A stretch of 64,000 bases of DNA from a virus. Taxonomy: Duplodnaviria > Heunggongvirae > Uroviricota > Caudoviricetes. The notes beneath the pieces are model-generated. The model searched no databases. It saw only the letters and a list, made by a program, of their open reading frames with translations, and had not been told where the DNA came from. A program made the position numbers and the translations under genes. Position 1 is the stretch's first letter; every line of letters begins with the position of its first letter. The DNA is taken from the IMG/VR virus record IMGVR_UViG_3300041407_000052, positions 28,348 to 92,347 of that record; one strand, 5' to 3'. Below are positions 18,760-26,908 of the stretch, piece after piece.

Positions 18760-18950
18760 TTTACTTCTCCTTGAATTTTGCTGAGGTACTTGAGGAACGT
18801 GTTGGCTGAATCAACACCGTAGTTGGTGTCATCATAATCGTCAGCATCATAATCAACACAAGCCGCACGATCAGTTTTGTAATCAGTCCACCAAGCATTA
18901 TAAGCAGCCGCCAGTTCTTCAAACGTCATTGTAATCTTTGACTTACCCAT
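18756..18950 (-). CDS. hypothetical protein (64 aa)
   Basis: ORF track. Confidence 0.45.
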   Translation of the reverse strand: MGKSKITMTFEELAAAYNAWWTDYKTDRAACVDYDADDYDDTNYGVDSANTFLKYLSKIQGEVK

Positions 18951-19108
18951 TAGTGCAACTCCACATATTGAACGTAAAAATGATCACCACCAGATAGTTC
19001 ACAAAGCTCTACTTGTCGTTCATGTGCTTTATAAATATCGGTGAATGCTTCAAGTACAATGTCGTCACCTTTTTCGGTGATCAACGTAACTAGCCCAATC
19101 TCTTTCAT
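18950..19108 (-). CDS. small ORF (52 aa)
   Basis: ATGA/TAATG coupling both sides; not in track. Confidence 0.4.
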   Translation of the reverse strand: MKEIGLVTLITEKGDDIVLEAFTDIYKAHERQVELCELSGGDHFYVQYVELH

Positions 19109-19299
19109 CCGATCACCACTTGTTTAATAACCCATTCACGTACTCGACCACGGTAAGTCTTCTTTACATCTTCAATAAAGTCATGTGCTGTCTCATATTG
19201 CATGTTGCCACCAAATTCAGCAGACTCAAAGATTCTACCTGAGTCACCACTCTCCATTGTGAAATAACCAATCACAACACAAGTTTTAACATTACTCAT
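19105..19299 (-). CDS. hypothetical protein (64 aa)
   Basis: ORF track. Confidence 0.45.
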   Translation of the reverse strand: MSNVKTCVVIGYFTMESGDSGRIFESAEFGGNMQYETAHDFIEDVKKTYRGRVREWVIKQVVIG

Positions 19300-19367
19300 A
19301 CATCTCTCCTTGAAAGTGTGGGTTGCCTTATGACAACCCGTTATATCAAATTACTTTCTTAGGTCAA

Positions 19368-20393
19368 TTAGAAAGGTACGTCGTCATCGAACGAATCAAA
19401 GTCGATTGGGGCAGCTTGTTGTGCTGGTTGTTGTGCTGGTTTAGCCTGTTGTGCTTGTGGAGCACTGTTAGTACCAGTTGCATCACCAACTTTAACCTTA
19501 CCGATTTCAATCAGTGCTTTCTGTACATCACTACCTTCGAAGTCTTCAGCCATTTTCATGGTATTGATTACACTAGCTCGCAGGTTCTTCAGCACTTCAA
19601 GATCTTGTTCGCCATTGAAGTTGACAACATACATATGCTTCTCATCCAATACAGGGACCATCTTCTGCATTGCTTTAGGAACTGGACCGTTGAATGCCAG
19701 TTTCTCATTCAGGTAGTTCTTACCAGCATGTTCATTCAGATAGACATGAACGTTAAACATTGCAGCTTCACCAATCAAGTTACCCAACATTGCTGGTTTG
19801 AAGTTACCTTGTGCATCAAGTTGGTTAGTTGCTTGAGCCAGTTTGAACAAGATAGTGTTGTTCTTAAAGCCCCAAGTACCATCGTCATTGCGTTGTTCAC
19901 GCAGACTGTATGGCTTACCAACTACTTTACCAACACCCTTCAGACCGAACTCGTTGTTCAACAGAGCACGGAATGGAAGTTCTTCACCAACTTTATTCTC
20001 ATCAAAGAACTGACCTTTGTTAACCAGAGTGTCAGGGAAATCAACAGTGAGTGCCGTGCAACGTTGTGCTTTTACAGGCCAGCGTTTGCACAGAGTTGGT
20101 ACATTGTTTTGACCATGGGGAACAACTTCGAAGTATTCTTTCGATTCACCACGAGCAGCTTTTGCTTCTACTTCAGCTTTCTCAGCATCAGTACCTTTCC
20201 ATTCCATACGAGCATCTTCTTGTGTCTGAAGCCCTAGATCGATCACGCCAGATACAATACCAATGAGTGCTTCAGGCTTCTCCGAACAACCCACAGCATC
20301 GACTACATGCTTGGATAGAGCATCAAAATCCACATTAGCCGTCTCAGGATTGGATTGTGGGGCAGGTGCGTTAAATACGAATTTCTTAGCCAT
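19368..20393 (-). CDS. ssDNA-binding protein-like (SSB-type C-terminal acidic tail DFDSFDDDVPF)
   Basis: C-terminus matches canonical SSB tail (DFDDDIPF); Q/A/P-rich linker before tail; driven by consensus promoter. Confidence 0.55.
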   Translation of the reverse strand: MAKKFVFNAPAPQSNPETANVDFDALSKHVVDAVGCSEKPEALIGIVSGVIDLGLQTQEDARMEWKGTDAEKAEVEAKAARGESKEYFEVVPHGQNNVPTLCKRWPVKAQRCTALTVDFPDTLVNKGQFFDENKVGEELPFRALLNNEFGLKGVGKVVGKPYSLREQRNDDGTWGFKNNTILFKLAQATNQLDAQGNFKPAMLGNLIGEAAMFNVHVYLNEHAGKNYLNEKLAFNGPVPKAMQKMVPVLDEKHMYVVNFNGEQDLEVLKNLRASVINTMKMAEDFEGSDVQKALIEIGKVKVGDATGTNSAPQAQQAKPAQQPAQQAAPIDFDSFDDDVPF

Positions 20394-20487
20394 GTTTTAA
20401 ATTTCCTTTTGCGGATACTATTTGTGCTGTATGGAGGCAGCGATTTGTTTGTTTGCAGATTACGATCTTCACTCAACGTAATCCACC

Positions 20488-20516
20488 ATTATACAGGTAT
20501 TGAGAATGATTTGCAA
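20488..20516 (-). promoter_or_regulatory. sigma70 consensus promoter (TTGCAA-17-TATAAT) for ssb-like gene
   Basis: minus-strand TTGCAAatcattctcaatacctgTATAAT upstream of 19368..20393. Confidence 0.6.
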
Positions 20517-20531
20517 TACCTTTTGACTCTT

Positions 20532-20834
20532 TTACATGAACAACGATGCGATGTAACCAAGTACCAACGCCATGAGCGTAATACTAAACTGATAAACACT
20601 CCGTTGAATAAATGTACGCTTAATCAACACTTCAGGTTTGAATAACTTTGGGTGTCGAACTTGGTAGTAAGTAACCAGCAAGTTAATACCAAAAGCTTGT
20701 ACCATCGTGATGGGGACTACACCCAGTGGGACTACAAACCAACCCCAGAGTGATGTGATTGTGAACAACATCAGTAGCATGTTGGTGATTACAACAAGAG
20801 TATAACCAATGTATTTCATCAGACACGCTCCCAT
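20532..20834 (-). CDS. membrane protein (about 4 TM; start likely internal MKYIG)
   Basis: hydrophobic segments; ORF track. Confidence 0.45.
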   Translation of the reverse strand: MGACLMKYIGYTLVVITNMLLMLFTITSLWGWFVVPLGVVPITMVQAFGINLLVTYYQVRHPKLFKPEVLIKRTFIQRSVYQFSITLMALVLGYIASLFM

Positions 20835-21124
20835 ACTTTGCTGACAATCTTCTTTTCAACCAGTTGTACTTCAAACAACTCAGAACCACTGTCTTCGAAG
20901 CTGTAATACCAATCAGTGAAAGGGCTACCACTGCGACTAACTGTCAGTTCAAAGTACTTACCAGTACTTTCTTGGAAGTATACGTTGGTCATACGTTGAT
21001 ATTTGTTATCAACGTCCCAATCACCCTCTTCCTGAAGAACCAAACCAAGTTCTTCGTTCATCTCCTCACGCCAAAGATAACGAGTTTGATCACGACTCAG
21101 TTCAATCTTGAGTCCAGTACTCAT
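20819..21124 (-). CDS. hypothetical protein (101 aa)
   Basis: ORF track. Confidence 0.5.
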   Translation of the reverse strand: MSTGLKIELSRDQTRYLWREEMNEELGLVLQEEGDWDVDNKYQRMTNVYFQESTGKYFELTVSRSGSPFTDWYYSFEDSGSELFEVQLVEKKIVSKVWERV

Positions 21125-21270
21125 CGTACTACTCGCTCCAGAGTGATCTTTTGCAGGATACGAGGAACAGGGTTGGCACCTGTGTCGCGATAACTACGTT
21201 GAATGATACGAGCAGATTCACGAGTTGCTGTTGCAATACCACCAACTTGATATGCATATTTCTTTTTCAT
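21121..21270 (-). CDS. small basic ORF (49 aa)
   Basis: AGGAGAA RBS; TGA overlaps ATG of 20819..21124; not in track. Confidence 0.35.
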   Translation of the reverse strand: MKKKYAYQVGGIATATRESARIIQRSYRDTGANPVPRILQKITLERVVR

Positions 21271-21282
21271 CATTTCTCCTTA

Positions 21283-21564
21283 TTAAGCTTGTTGTGCACG
21301 AGTACGGAAGATATCACCGTGCTGTTGATGATCGTTCATGAACTTACGTGCATAGAACGCTGTGTGGTTGTTGCTCAGTTTGAACACGTCATCAGAGACA
21401 GTGCTGATATTAACTTCCCAACGAATTCGTTCAACGATCAATGCAGCACTCAGTTTCTTACGACCGAGGTTAATCAAATCGTTAGCGAATCGCTTGAACA
21501 GGAAATAAACACCCGGATTCTCAGAGTCAAACTTCTCGAACTTATCTGCTAATGTTACAGCCAC
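21283..21564 (-). CDS. hypothetical protein (93 aa)
   Basis: ORF track. Confidence 0.45.
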   Translation of the reverse strand: MAVTLADKFEKFDSENPGVYFLFKRFANDLINLGRKKLSAALIVERIRWEVNISTVSDDVFKLSNNHTAFYARKFMNDHQQHGDIFRTRAQQA

Positions 21565-22002
21565 TTATACTTCTCCTACAATTGTTTTCAACAGTTCAAC
21601 ACGCTCATTTAACTCACGTTCATCAAAGCTATACGAAGAACGATCTGTTTGTTCAACTTGACGTTGAACGAAAGCAATCAACTCTTCATAAGTGTATTCT
21701 TCCACGTCCCACTGACCTTCCAGACCATAGCAAGAGCAGTGACTACCAGAGTTGTAGATGAATACGTCTTTCTCTTCATCGTAGCCCCAGATGTAACCAA
21801 AACCGCTGTAATCTTCATACGAATAGAACGAGTAGAAGATATGCAGAGTTTCAGGCATTTGTGGAGCGTCAGGATAACAGCCTTGTTCGTAGTCGTAACT
21901 ACCACACTCTTGATATTGATTGAACTCACTAACTTGATCTTCGCGAGTCATGAACTCACCAGAAACAATACGGTCAATCAGGTTTTGACGGTTGGTCATC
22001 AT
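21565..22002 (-). CDS. hypothetical protein (145 aa)
   Basis: ORF track. Confidence 0.5.
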   Translation of the reverse strand: MMTNRQNLIDRIVSGEFMTREDQVSEFNQYQECGSYDYEQGCYPDAPQMPETLHIFYSFYSYEDYSGFGYIWGYDEEKDVFIYNSGSHCSCYGLEGQWDVEEYTYEELIAFVQRQVEQTDRSSYSFDERELNERVELLKTIVGEV

Positions 22003-22271
22003 ACTTCTCCCATTGGTAGCAGATAAACTTTAGACACTTCCTTCAAATCAAAGGTATAACAAGTATCCATCAAGTTTCTGTTGATCACTTTGAACTTACC
22101 GTTCTGTACAGCAAAAGCATGTACAGGGTTGATATGTTCAGGTTTATAACCTTTAGCACGACCTTTCCAATGAATGATGACTTCAAGTTTCAGATGTTCT
22201 GGAACAGTATGAATGAAGTCATCACCTTTAATGTTGATGGTTGGTGCTGTTAGTTTATTCTTCTTGCTCAT
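21999..22271 (-). CDS. hypothetical protein (90 aa)
   Basis: ORF track. Confidence 0.5.
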   Translation of the reverse strand: MSKKNKLTAPTINIKGDDFIHTVPEHLKLEVIIHWKGRAKGYKPEHINPVHAFAVQNGKFKVINRNLMDTCYTFDLKEVSKVYLLPMGEV

Positions 22272-22272
22272 G

Positions 22273-22473
22273 TTATTCCTTAATCAATTCAACTTGGTCA
22301 GCAGCAAAGAAATCCCAATCATAAGTATGATCGAAACGAACTGTAGCCGAACAATCCAACCACGATGCAGTTCGAGTCATAACCTCACCAACAGGAACGT
22401 CATAACTAACACCTACACCGTTGAAAGTAACCTTATCACCGATTTTCAGTTCTTTGAATTCAGATTGCAACAT
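22273..22473 (-). CDS. hypothetical protein (66 aa)
   Basis: ORF track. Confidence 0.45.
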   Translation of the reverse strand: MLQSEFKELKIGDKVTFNGVGVSYDVPVGEVMTRTASWLDCSATVRFDHTYDWDFFAADQVELIKE

Positions 22474-22485
22474 TGGTCAAGCTCC

Positions 22486-22767
22486 TTATGCGGTGAAGGC
22501 TTGAACACGCTTCAGAACACGATCCAGCTTACCGATGGAACCAGTAGCAGCCAGAACACGCTTCTGAGCTTCTTCGATTGCACGCTCTTCTTCATCAATC
22601 TGCAATTGAATCTGATTGATCGCGTCACCCATTTGGGTTTCAGCTTTGGTAAATGCAGACAAAGCATCTTCAACCAGTGCTTCATGGGAAGTAACTTTCT
22701 TACCCAATACGAAGTTAGAAGCGTTTACCAAGAAGTTACCTACGGTTGGTTCGTTACGAGTGGACAT
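22486..22767 (-). CDS. coiled-coil protein (93 aa)
   Basis: track ORF 22486..22824 trimmed: upstream part covers a consensus promoter; ATG with GGAGAA RBS (MSTRNEPT...). Confidence 0.5.
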   Translation of the reverse strand: MSTRNEPTVGNFLVNASNFVLGKKVTSHEALVEDALSAFTKAETQMGDAINQIQLQIDEEERAIEEAQKRVLAATGSIGKLDRVLKRVQAFTA

Positions 22768-22795
22768 TTTATTCTCCATTTGTTCAAGTGTGCGT

Positions 22796-22824
22796 ATTAT
22801 ACGCTTGTGGTGTACGGTTGTCAA
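22796..22824 (-). promoter_or_regulatory. sigma70 consensus promoter (TTGACA-17-TATAAT)
   Basis: minus-strand TTGACAaccgtacaccacaagcgTATAAT. Confidence 0.65.
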
Positions 22825-22829
22825 ACTAT

Positions 22830-23159
22830 TTATGCAGCAATTGCCATTGTGTTTACAAATTCTTTTTGTCGGGTGCTGCCCGGTGTACCACCTTGTGGTG
22901 GAGTTCCGTCAGGACCATCACCCTTCGGTTCAAGGTGTGGATTCTTCTTGCGTTGTTCTGCATTGTAACGATGAATCTGACCAGCAAAGATCATGTGGTG
23001 ATCACGATTCATCGGGAATGACAGATCATACACAGCTTTACTCACGCTTGCAACAGAAAATGTACTAAGACCAAGCTCTTGAACCTTGACAAACACAGCA
23101 CTCATACCACCAATACCAGTCAGTGTAGCAATGTTACCTTTGATTGTTACATTCATCAC
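22830..23159 (-). CDS. hypothetical protein (109 aa)
   Basis: ORF track. Confidence 0.45.
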   Translation of the reverse strand: MMNVTIKGNIATLTGIGGMSAVFVKVQELGLSTFSVASVSKAVYDLSFPMNRDHHMIFAGQIHRYNAEQRKKNPHLEPKGDGPDGTPPQGGTPGSTRQKEFVNTMAIAA

Positions 23160-23413
23160 GGAATACTCTTGTTGATTTTCTTCAATTGTTTGATCAAGTC
23201 TTTACCTTCGTCTTGATCAAAATCACCACGAAGGGATGTGAACAACTCTTTGATCAGGGTCATAGTGAAATCACCGTCTGCCATATTCAAGTCAAGGGCT
23301 TTCACCAAATCAAGGGTGTTTTGTTCAGTATTCATTGCACCAAGGATATCACCAATCTCCATTGATGAACACACTTGAAGCTTTTTACCTACCAACTTAT
23401 TTAACTGACTCAT
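23156..23413 (-). CDS. hypothetical protein (85 aa)
   Basis: ORF track. Confidence 0.45.
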   Translation of the reverse strand: MSQLNKLVGKKLQVCSSMEIGDILGAMNTEQNTLDLVKALDLNMADGDFTMTLIKELFTSLRGDFDQDEGKDLIKQLKKINKSIP

Positions 23414-23646
23414 TTCACTTCCTCAACTTCACCGTTCCAAAATGGCCAATCTTGGGTTTTGTCAGGATCACCATCCATTTGAACATTGTAAAGTGCAGCA
23501 AGATCACCTGTTGGGTAAACATGCACAATAGTCCCGAAATTACCAACGTCGAGGAAAGGGTATCCATCTTCCACACAGCTCAAATAAGCGACGGTTGCAA
23601 CTTTAATACGATTACCAACCTTAAGGTCTTTACTGGTATCCATCAT
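23410..23646 (-). CDS. hypothetical protein (78 aa)
   Basis: ORF track. Confidence 0.45.
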   Translation of the reverse strand: MMDTSKDLKVGNRIKVATVAYLSCVEDGYPFLDVGNFGTIVHVYPTGDLAALYNVQMDGDPDKTQDWPFWNGEVEEVK

Positions 23647-23687
23647 TTTGTTCTCCAGTGTTTCGTTGTTTACTGTTGATGACGACC

Positions 23688-23716
23688 ATTCTACGTGATC
23701 ATGATCGACTGTGCAA
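23688..23716 (-). promoter_or_regulatory. sigma70-like promoter (TTGCAC-17-TAGAAT)
   Basis: minus-strand TTGCACagtcgatcatgatcacgTAGAAT in 195-nt intergenic region downstream of polB. Confidence 0.5.
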
Positions 23717-23841
23717 CGACTATTTTACGATTTCTCGACAACTCATACAGATGAAGACATCAGGTCTATCAAAACTGTTCAACCTGTTGCATCTGAATAG
23801 GTCACCATGTCCAAACAATCTGCAAAGAATTTTCATTTCAG

Positions 23842-26097
23842 TTACTCGTCATCGTCCATTTCATCCAATTGTACATCACCATTGATAGCTGCTACCAGCT
23901 TCTTAGCTTCAGCCACGTAGTAATCATAGTTGATTCCCCAGCTAAAGTCACCCATGTCATTACAAGGAGTCACGTTCCACTCTTTATCAATAGACATACG
24001 ACGATCACCCTCAAGCTCTTTACCTTCCAATGCAGGCATAAGTTTAATCAACTTACCACCATGAACCGATGGATAGTACCGGCAGATGTTTTGCAACTGC
24101 TTTTCTTCACCTGTCTCTTCATTGAACAACACCAGCTTAGAGCTTCTAGGAACCTTTGTACGCAACATAAAGTCGAAAGGGTCATCATGCTTACGGATCA
24201 AGTCTTCAGCGTCTCCAAGGCCAAGCAGCTCGTGCACAGCAGCCATCTTGACGACCAATGCTGATTGGTTCTTATGCCAATCCAAGTCTTTAAACTCGTA
24301 TGCACCTTTACGCTTCACTTCACCACCTTTGAATACAGCAATGTAGTTGTTTACGTTGGCAGACATCATCTTGTCATACAGAGCGCCTTCCATCTCTAAT
24401 CCAGTCAGAGTCTCCCATTCAGTTACCAGCTTGTCAATGAGTTTCTTTGTCTTAGGATCTTCAGCAGCCACAAACTCAAAACCATCCGTGTTGCACATAA
24501 GTACTTCTGCACCCACTTGAGCAATCAGTTTCTCCATCAACATACACAGAGACAGTTGACCATTGATCGTAATGCTCATCATGAACTTAGGATCATACAT
24601 TGGACTGAACTCATCACCAGAAGCACCATATGTACCATTGAGTGCCAGCTTCAAAGCTTTGTTCAACGCAGACTTCTTGTGGTGACTACTACGTTCGATG
24701 TACAAATCACCATACACATTACAGAACAGTACGTCAAGGTGCTCAGGGTAAATCTTGTTCTTGATACTCAGGTTTGGATAATACGACTTTACGTCAAGTG
24801 TGTAAATACGTTTACCATCACCAGACTCAGTAACACCTTTCTTGCACCCGTGAATCCCACCCGTTCCAAAGTCATACTGGAAACCATCAATAACCACATT
24901 GAGTGGACTGCTGTTAGTTTTCTTGTCATCAATACCAGCTACACCAGCTGTAATTCTCCAGCAGAACCAATAACTTGCAGCACCCTTTGGACTCTTGAGT
25001 TCAACAGCTTCAACCCAACCAAGCGGGTGCTCAGCCAACATCTCAAGTACATGTGCCTCAGTCGGAACATAACGCTTGTTCTTTGCACCTTGTTCTGGGC
25101 AATTGAACTTCTTCATCTTGACTTTCATGTTCGCATACTTTGCCACATCACCAAGCTGATGCTCTTCCAAATCAGAGAATACACCGTTAGTCTCAGTGAT
25201 TGTCTGTTCACTAAACCACTTGTGGATGGCTTGGAACTCAGGACGATCAAACTTGATGTAAGGAAGAATACACTCACCTAGATCAATAGACTCACGTTTG
25301 GTCTGCTGCATCTTACGCACCATTCGTGGACCTTTCTTTTCCATCTTGAAACAAATACCGGGTTTAGCAGCTTCCAACCGTTGTACGAATAGTTCCTTTC
25401 CCAATTTCGTATCATTCAGATTTGTACAATCGAAACCGAATTGAGCAGTAAGCTCATTCCTCATCTTGATTTCATCAAAAATCTTGTAGTAGAACTTTAA
25501 TGTTTCCATAACATCGTGTTTGTTGTACTCAATCAGAACATCTTTCTGCTGGTCATTCAAACGCATCCCGACCGGAAATGGTAAGTCTTCGATGTTCTTA
25601 GATCGCATGTTGAATTCCAACATTTTCAAACTTGTCATCTTTGCTTTATTATCGAAATGTTTTATCTTAAACAGGTCAACCTGTTTCAACATTACTTCGC
25701 TGGATCTAACAGCAGTGCCGAACTTGTTGAACTTCATCTGTTCGAACATCTTGCAGACTTTACTGTATATTTCAGAAGCTGTAATGTTGAGCTTCTTTCC
25801 TTCTTTCCTTGCTACTTTACTTTTCTCCAAAATGTCATGTAGCACTGGATAGTCAAACCCTAAACCGTTGAAAGAAATCATTCGAAAATCGTTCTTGGCA
25901 ATATTGCGCATGAACTCAAGCATTTCCTCAAGTTCATTTTTCCGGTCTGATATTTCATAGGTCCTCATACCTTTACCATTTGCAAAGCAAGCTGAGAAAG
26001 TGAAGCAGTTCGGATAAGTTTCTAAATCGTAGCAAATATCATTTTTAAAATATTCAGTCTTACCATCAGGCAACAGACCAATAAGGTCATCAACCAT
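23842..26097 (-). CDS. family B DNA polymerase with 3'-5' exonuclease domain
   Basis: Exo I YDLET; motif A DVKSYYPN (DxxSLYPS); motif B KLALNGTYG (KxxxNSxYG); motif C LMCNTDGFEF; KRKGAY (KKRY). Confidence 0.85.
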   Translation of the reverse strand: MVDDLIGLLPDGKTEYFKNDICYDLETYPNCFTFSACFANGKGMRTYEISDRKNELEEMLEFMRNIAKNDFRMISFNGLGFDYPVLHDILEKSKVARKEGKKLNITASEIYSKVCKMFEQMKFNKFGTAVRSSEVMLKQVDLFKIKHFDNKAKMTSLKMLEFNMRSKNIEDLPFPVGMRLNDQQKDVLIEYNKHDVMETLKFYYKIFDEIKMRNELTAQFGFDCTNLNDTKLGKELFVQRLEAAKPGICFKMEKKGPRMVRKMQQTKRESIDLGECILPYIKFDRPEFQAIHKWFSEQTITETNGVFSDLEEHQLGDVAKYANMKVKMKKFNCPEQGAKNKRYVPTEAHVLEMLAEHPLGWVEAVELKSPKGAASYWFCWRITAGVAGIDDKKTNSSPLNVVIDGFQYDFGTGGIHGCKKGVTESGDGKRIYTLDVKSYYPNLSIKNKIYPEHLDVLFCNVYGDLYIERSSHHKKSALNKALKLALNGTYGASGDEFSPMYDPKFMMSITINGQLSLCMLMEKLIAQVGAEVLMCNTDGFEFVAAEDPKTKKLIDKLVTEWETLTGLEMEGALYDKMMSANVNNYIAVFKGGEVKRKGAYEFKDLDWHKNQSALVVKMAAVHELLGLGDAEDLIRKHDDPFDFMLRTKVPRSSKLVLFNEETGEEKQLQNICRYYPSVHGGKLIKLMPALEGKELEGDRRMSIDKEWNVTPCNDMGDFSWGINYDYYVAEAKKLVAAINGDVQLDEMDDDE

Positions 26098-26866
26098 TAC
26101 ATTTCTCCTTTACCTTTTTCTTGAAGAACCCGTTTGAGTCAACCCACTCCAAAAACAGAATTACATTTTCATAAGCAGTATTCTCACAATCATACCGACC
26201 GATAAACTTGTTTATGAGTTCACCTGTTTCTATCTCACGGTACGAAACCATGGCTCGCCACTTGTCACGAGATTTATCCCAAGCTACTCCATAAAACTGA
26301 GATGTCTTGTTTCGTCGAATAACCTTACCAACTGGACTTAAATTCATTCTAGATTTCGCGTATTTGAGTGCAGCGTTGTCACCTTGCTCAATTTTAACAG
26401 CTTTAACACTGTTATACAATTCAACAGCTAATTCTTTATCCTCTTTATTGAAATTACCAATTAGTTTTGTTTCACCATTCAGTACAATTTGCGCCACCCA
26501 CATGTTATATCGGTCACACCAACTTACACCCATGTCGCCTGAGTTATTTGAGATACCAATACCCATGTTGTTCTGCTGTGTTTTCTTATCAACCCATCTG
26601 AAATTTAAAGGACTGTACCCTTGATCGTTGTTTTCACGATCCAAAGTAGTACCAAAAGGTCGATCACCAACCACACCAATAAAGTTTTTGAATCCTAATG
26701 GATTATCCCAACGCCATTCATTAGACACATAGATACCTCGACCACCATATCTGTGATAAGCCTTATGCTCAGGATTGAAACATCTGACATTCATCATTCT
26801 CCATGTCACAAATAGATAATGTGTTGTTATGTTAACAAGTCCTACTTGAGTTACATATTTTATCAT
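26090..26866 (-). CDS. HNH(HNH_3)-AP2 homing endonuclease
   Basis: N-terminal YHRYGGRGIYVSNEWRW...LDRENNDQGYSPLNFRWV (HNH_3-like) and C-terminal AP2-like GVAWDKSRDKWRAMVSY; inserted between polB and primase-helicase behind a terminator. Confidence 0.6.
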   Translation of the reverse strand: MIKYVTQVGLVNITTHYLFVTWRMMNVRCFNPEHKAYHRYGGRGIYVSNEWRWDNPLGFKNFIGVVGDRPFGTTLDRENNDQGYSPLNFRWVDKKTQQNNMGIGISNNSGDMGVSWCDRYNMWVAQIVLNGETKLIGNFNKEDKELAVELYNSVKAVKIEQGDNAALKYAKSRMNLSPVGKVIRRNKTSQFYGVAWDKSRDKWRAMVSYREIETGELINKFIGRYDCENTAYENVILFLEWVDSNGFFKKKVKEKCNG

Positions 26867-26880
26867 TCTCTTCTCCTAAT

Positions 26881-26905
26881 AAAACAAAGGGGACCGAAGT
26901 CCCCT
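26881..26905 (-). terminator. rho-independent terminator (AGGGGAC-CGAA-GTCCCCT)
   Basis: 7-bp stem, CGAA tetraloop, TTGTTTT on minus strand immediately 3' of primase-helicase. Confidence 0.6.
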
Positions 26906-26908
26906 ATA

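Noticed and set aside
19323-20237. 304-aa plus-strand ORF antisense to the SSB-like gene; similar long antisense ORFs at 61272..62399, 22213..22968, 24517..25281, 31484..32287, 13744..13972 and elsewhere
   Set aside because: They begin with TTG/GTG 'M', have low-complexity composition, and lie entirely inside well-supported opposite-strand genes. They are treated as shadow ORFs.
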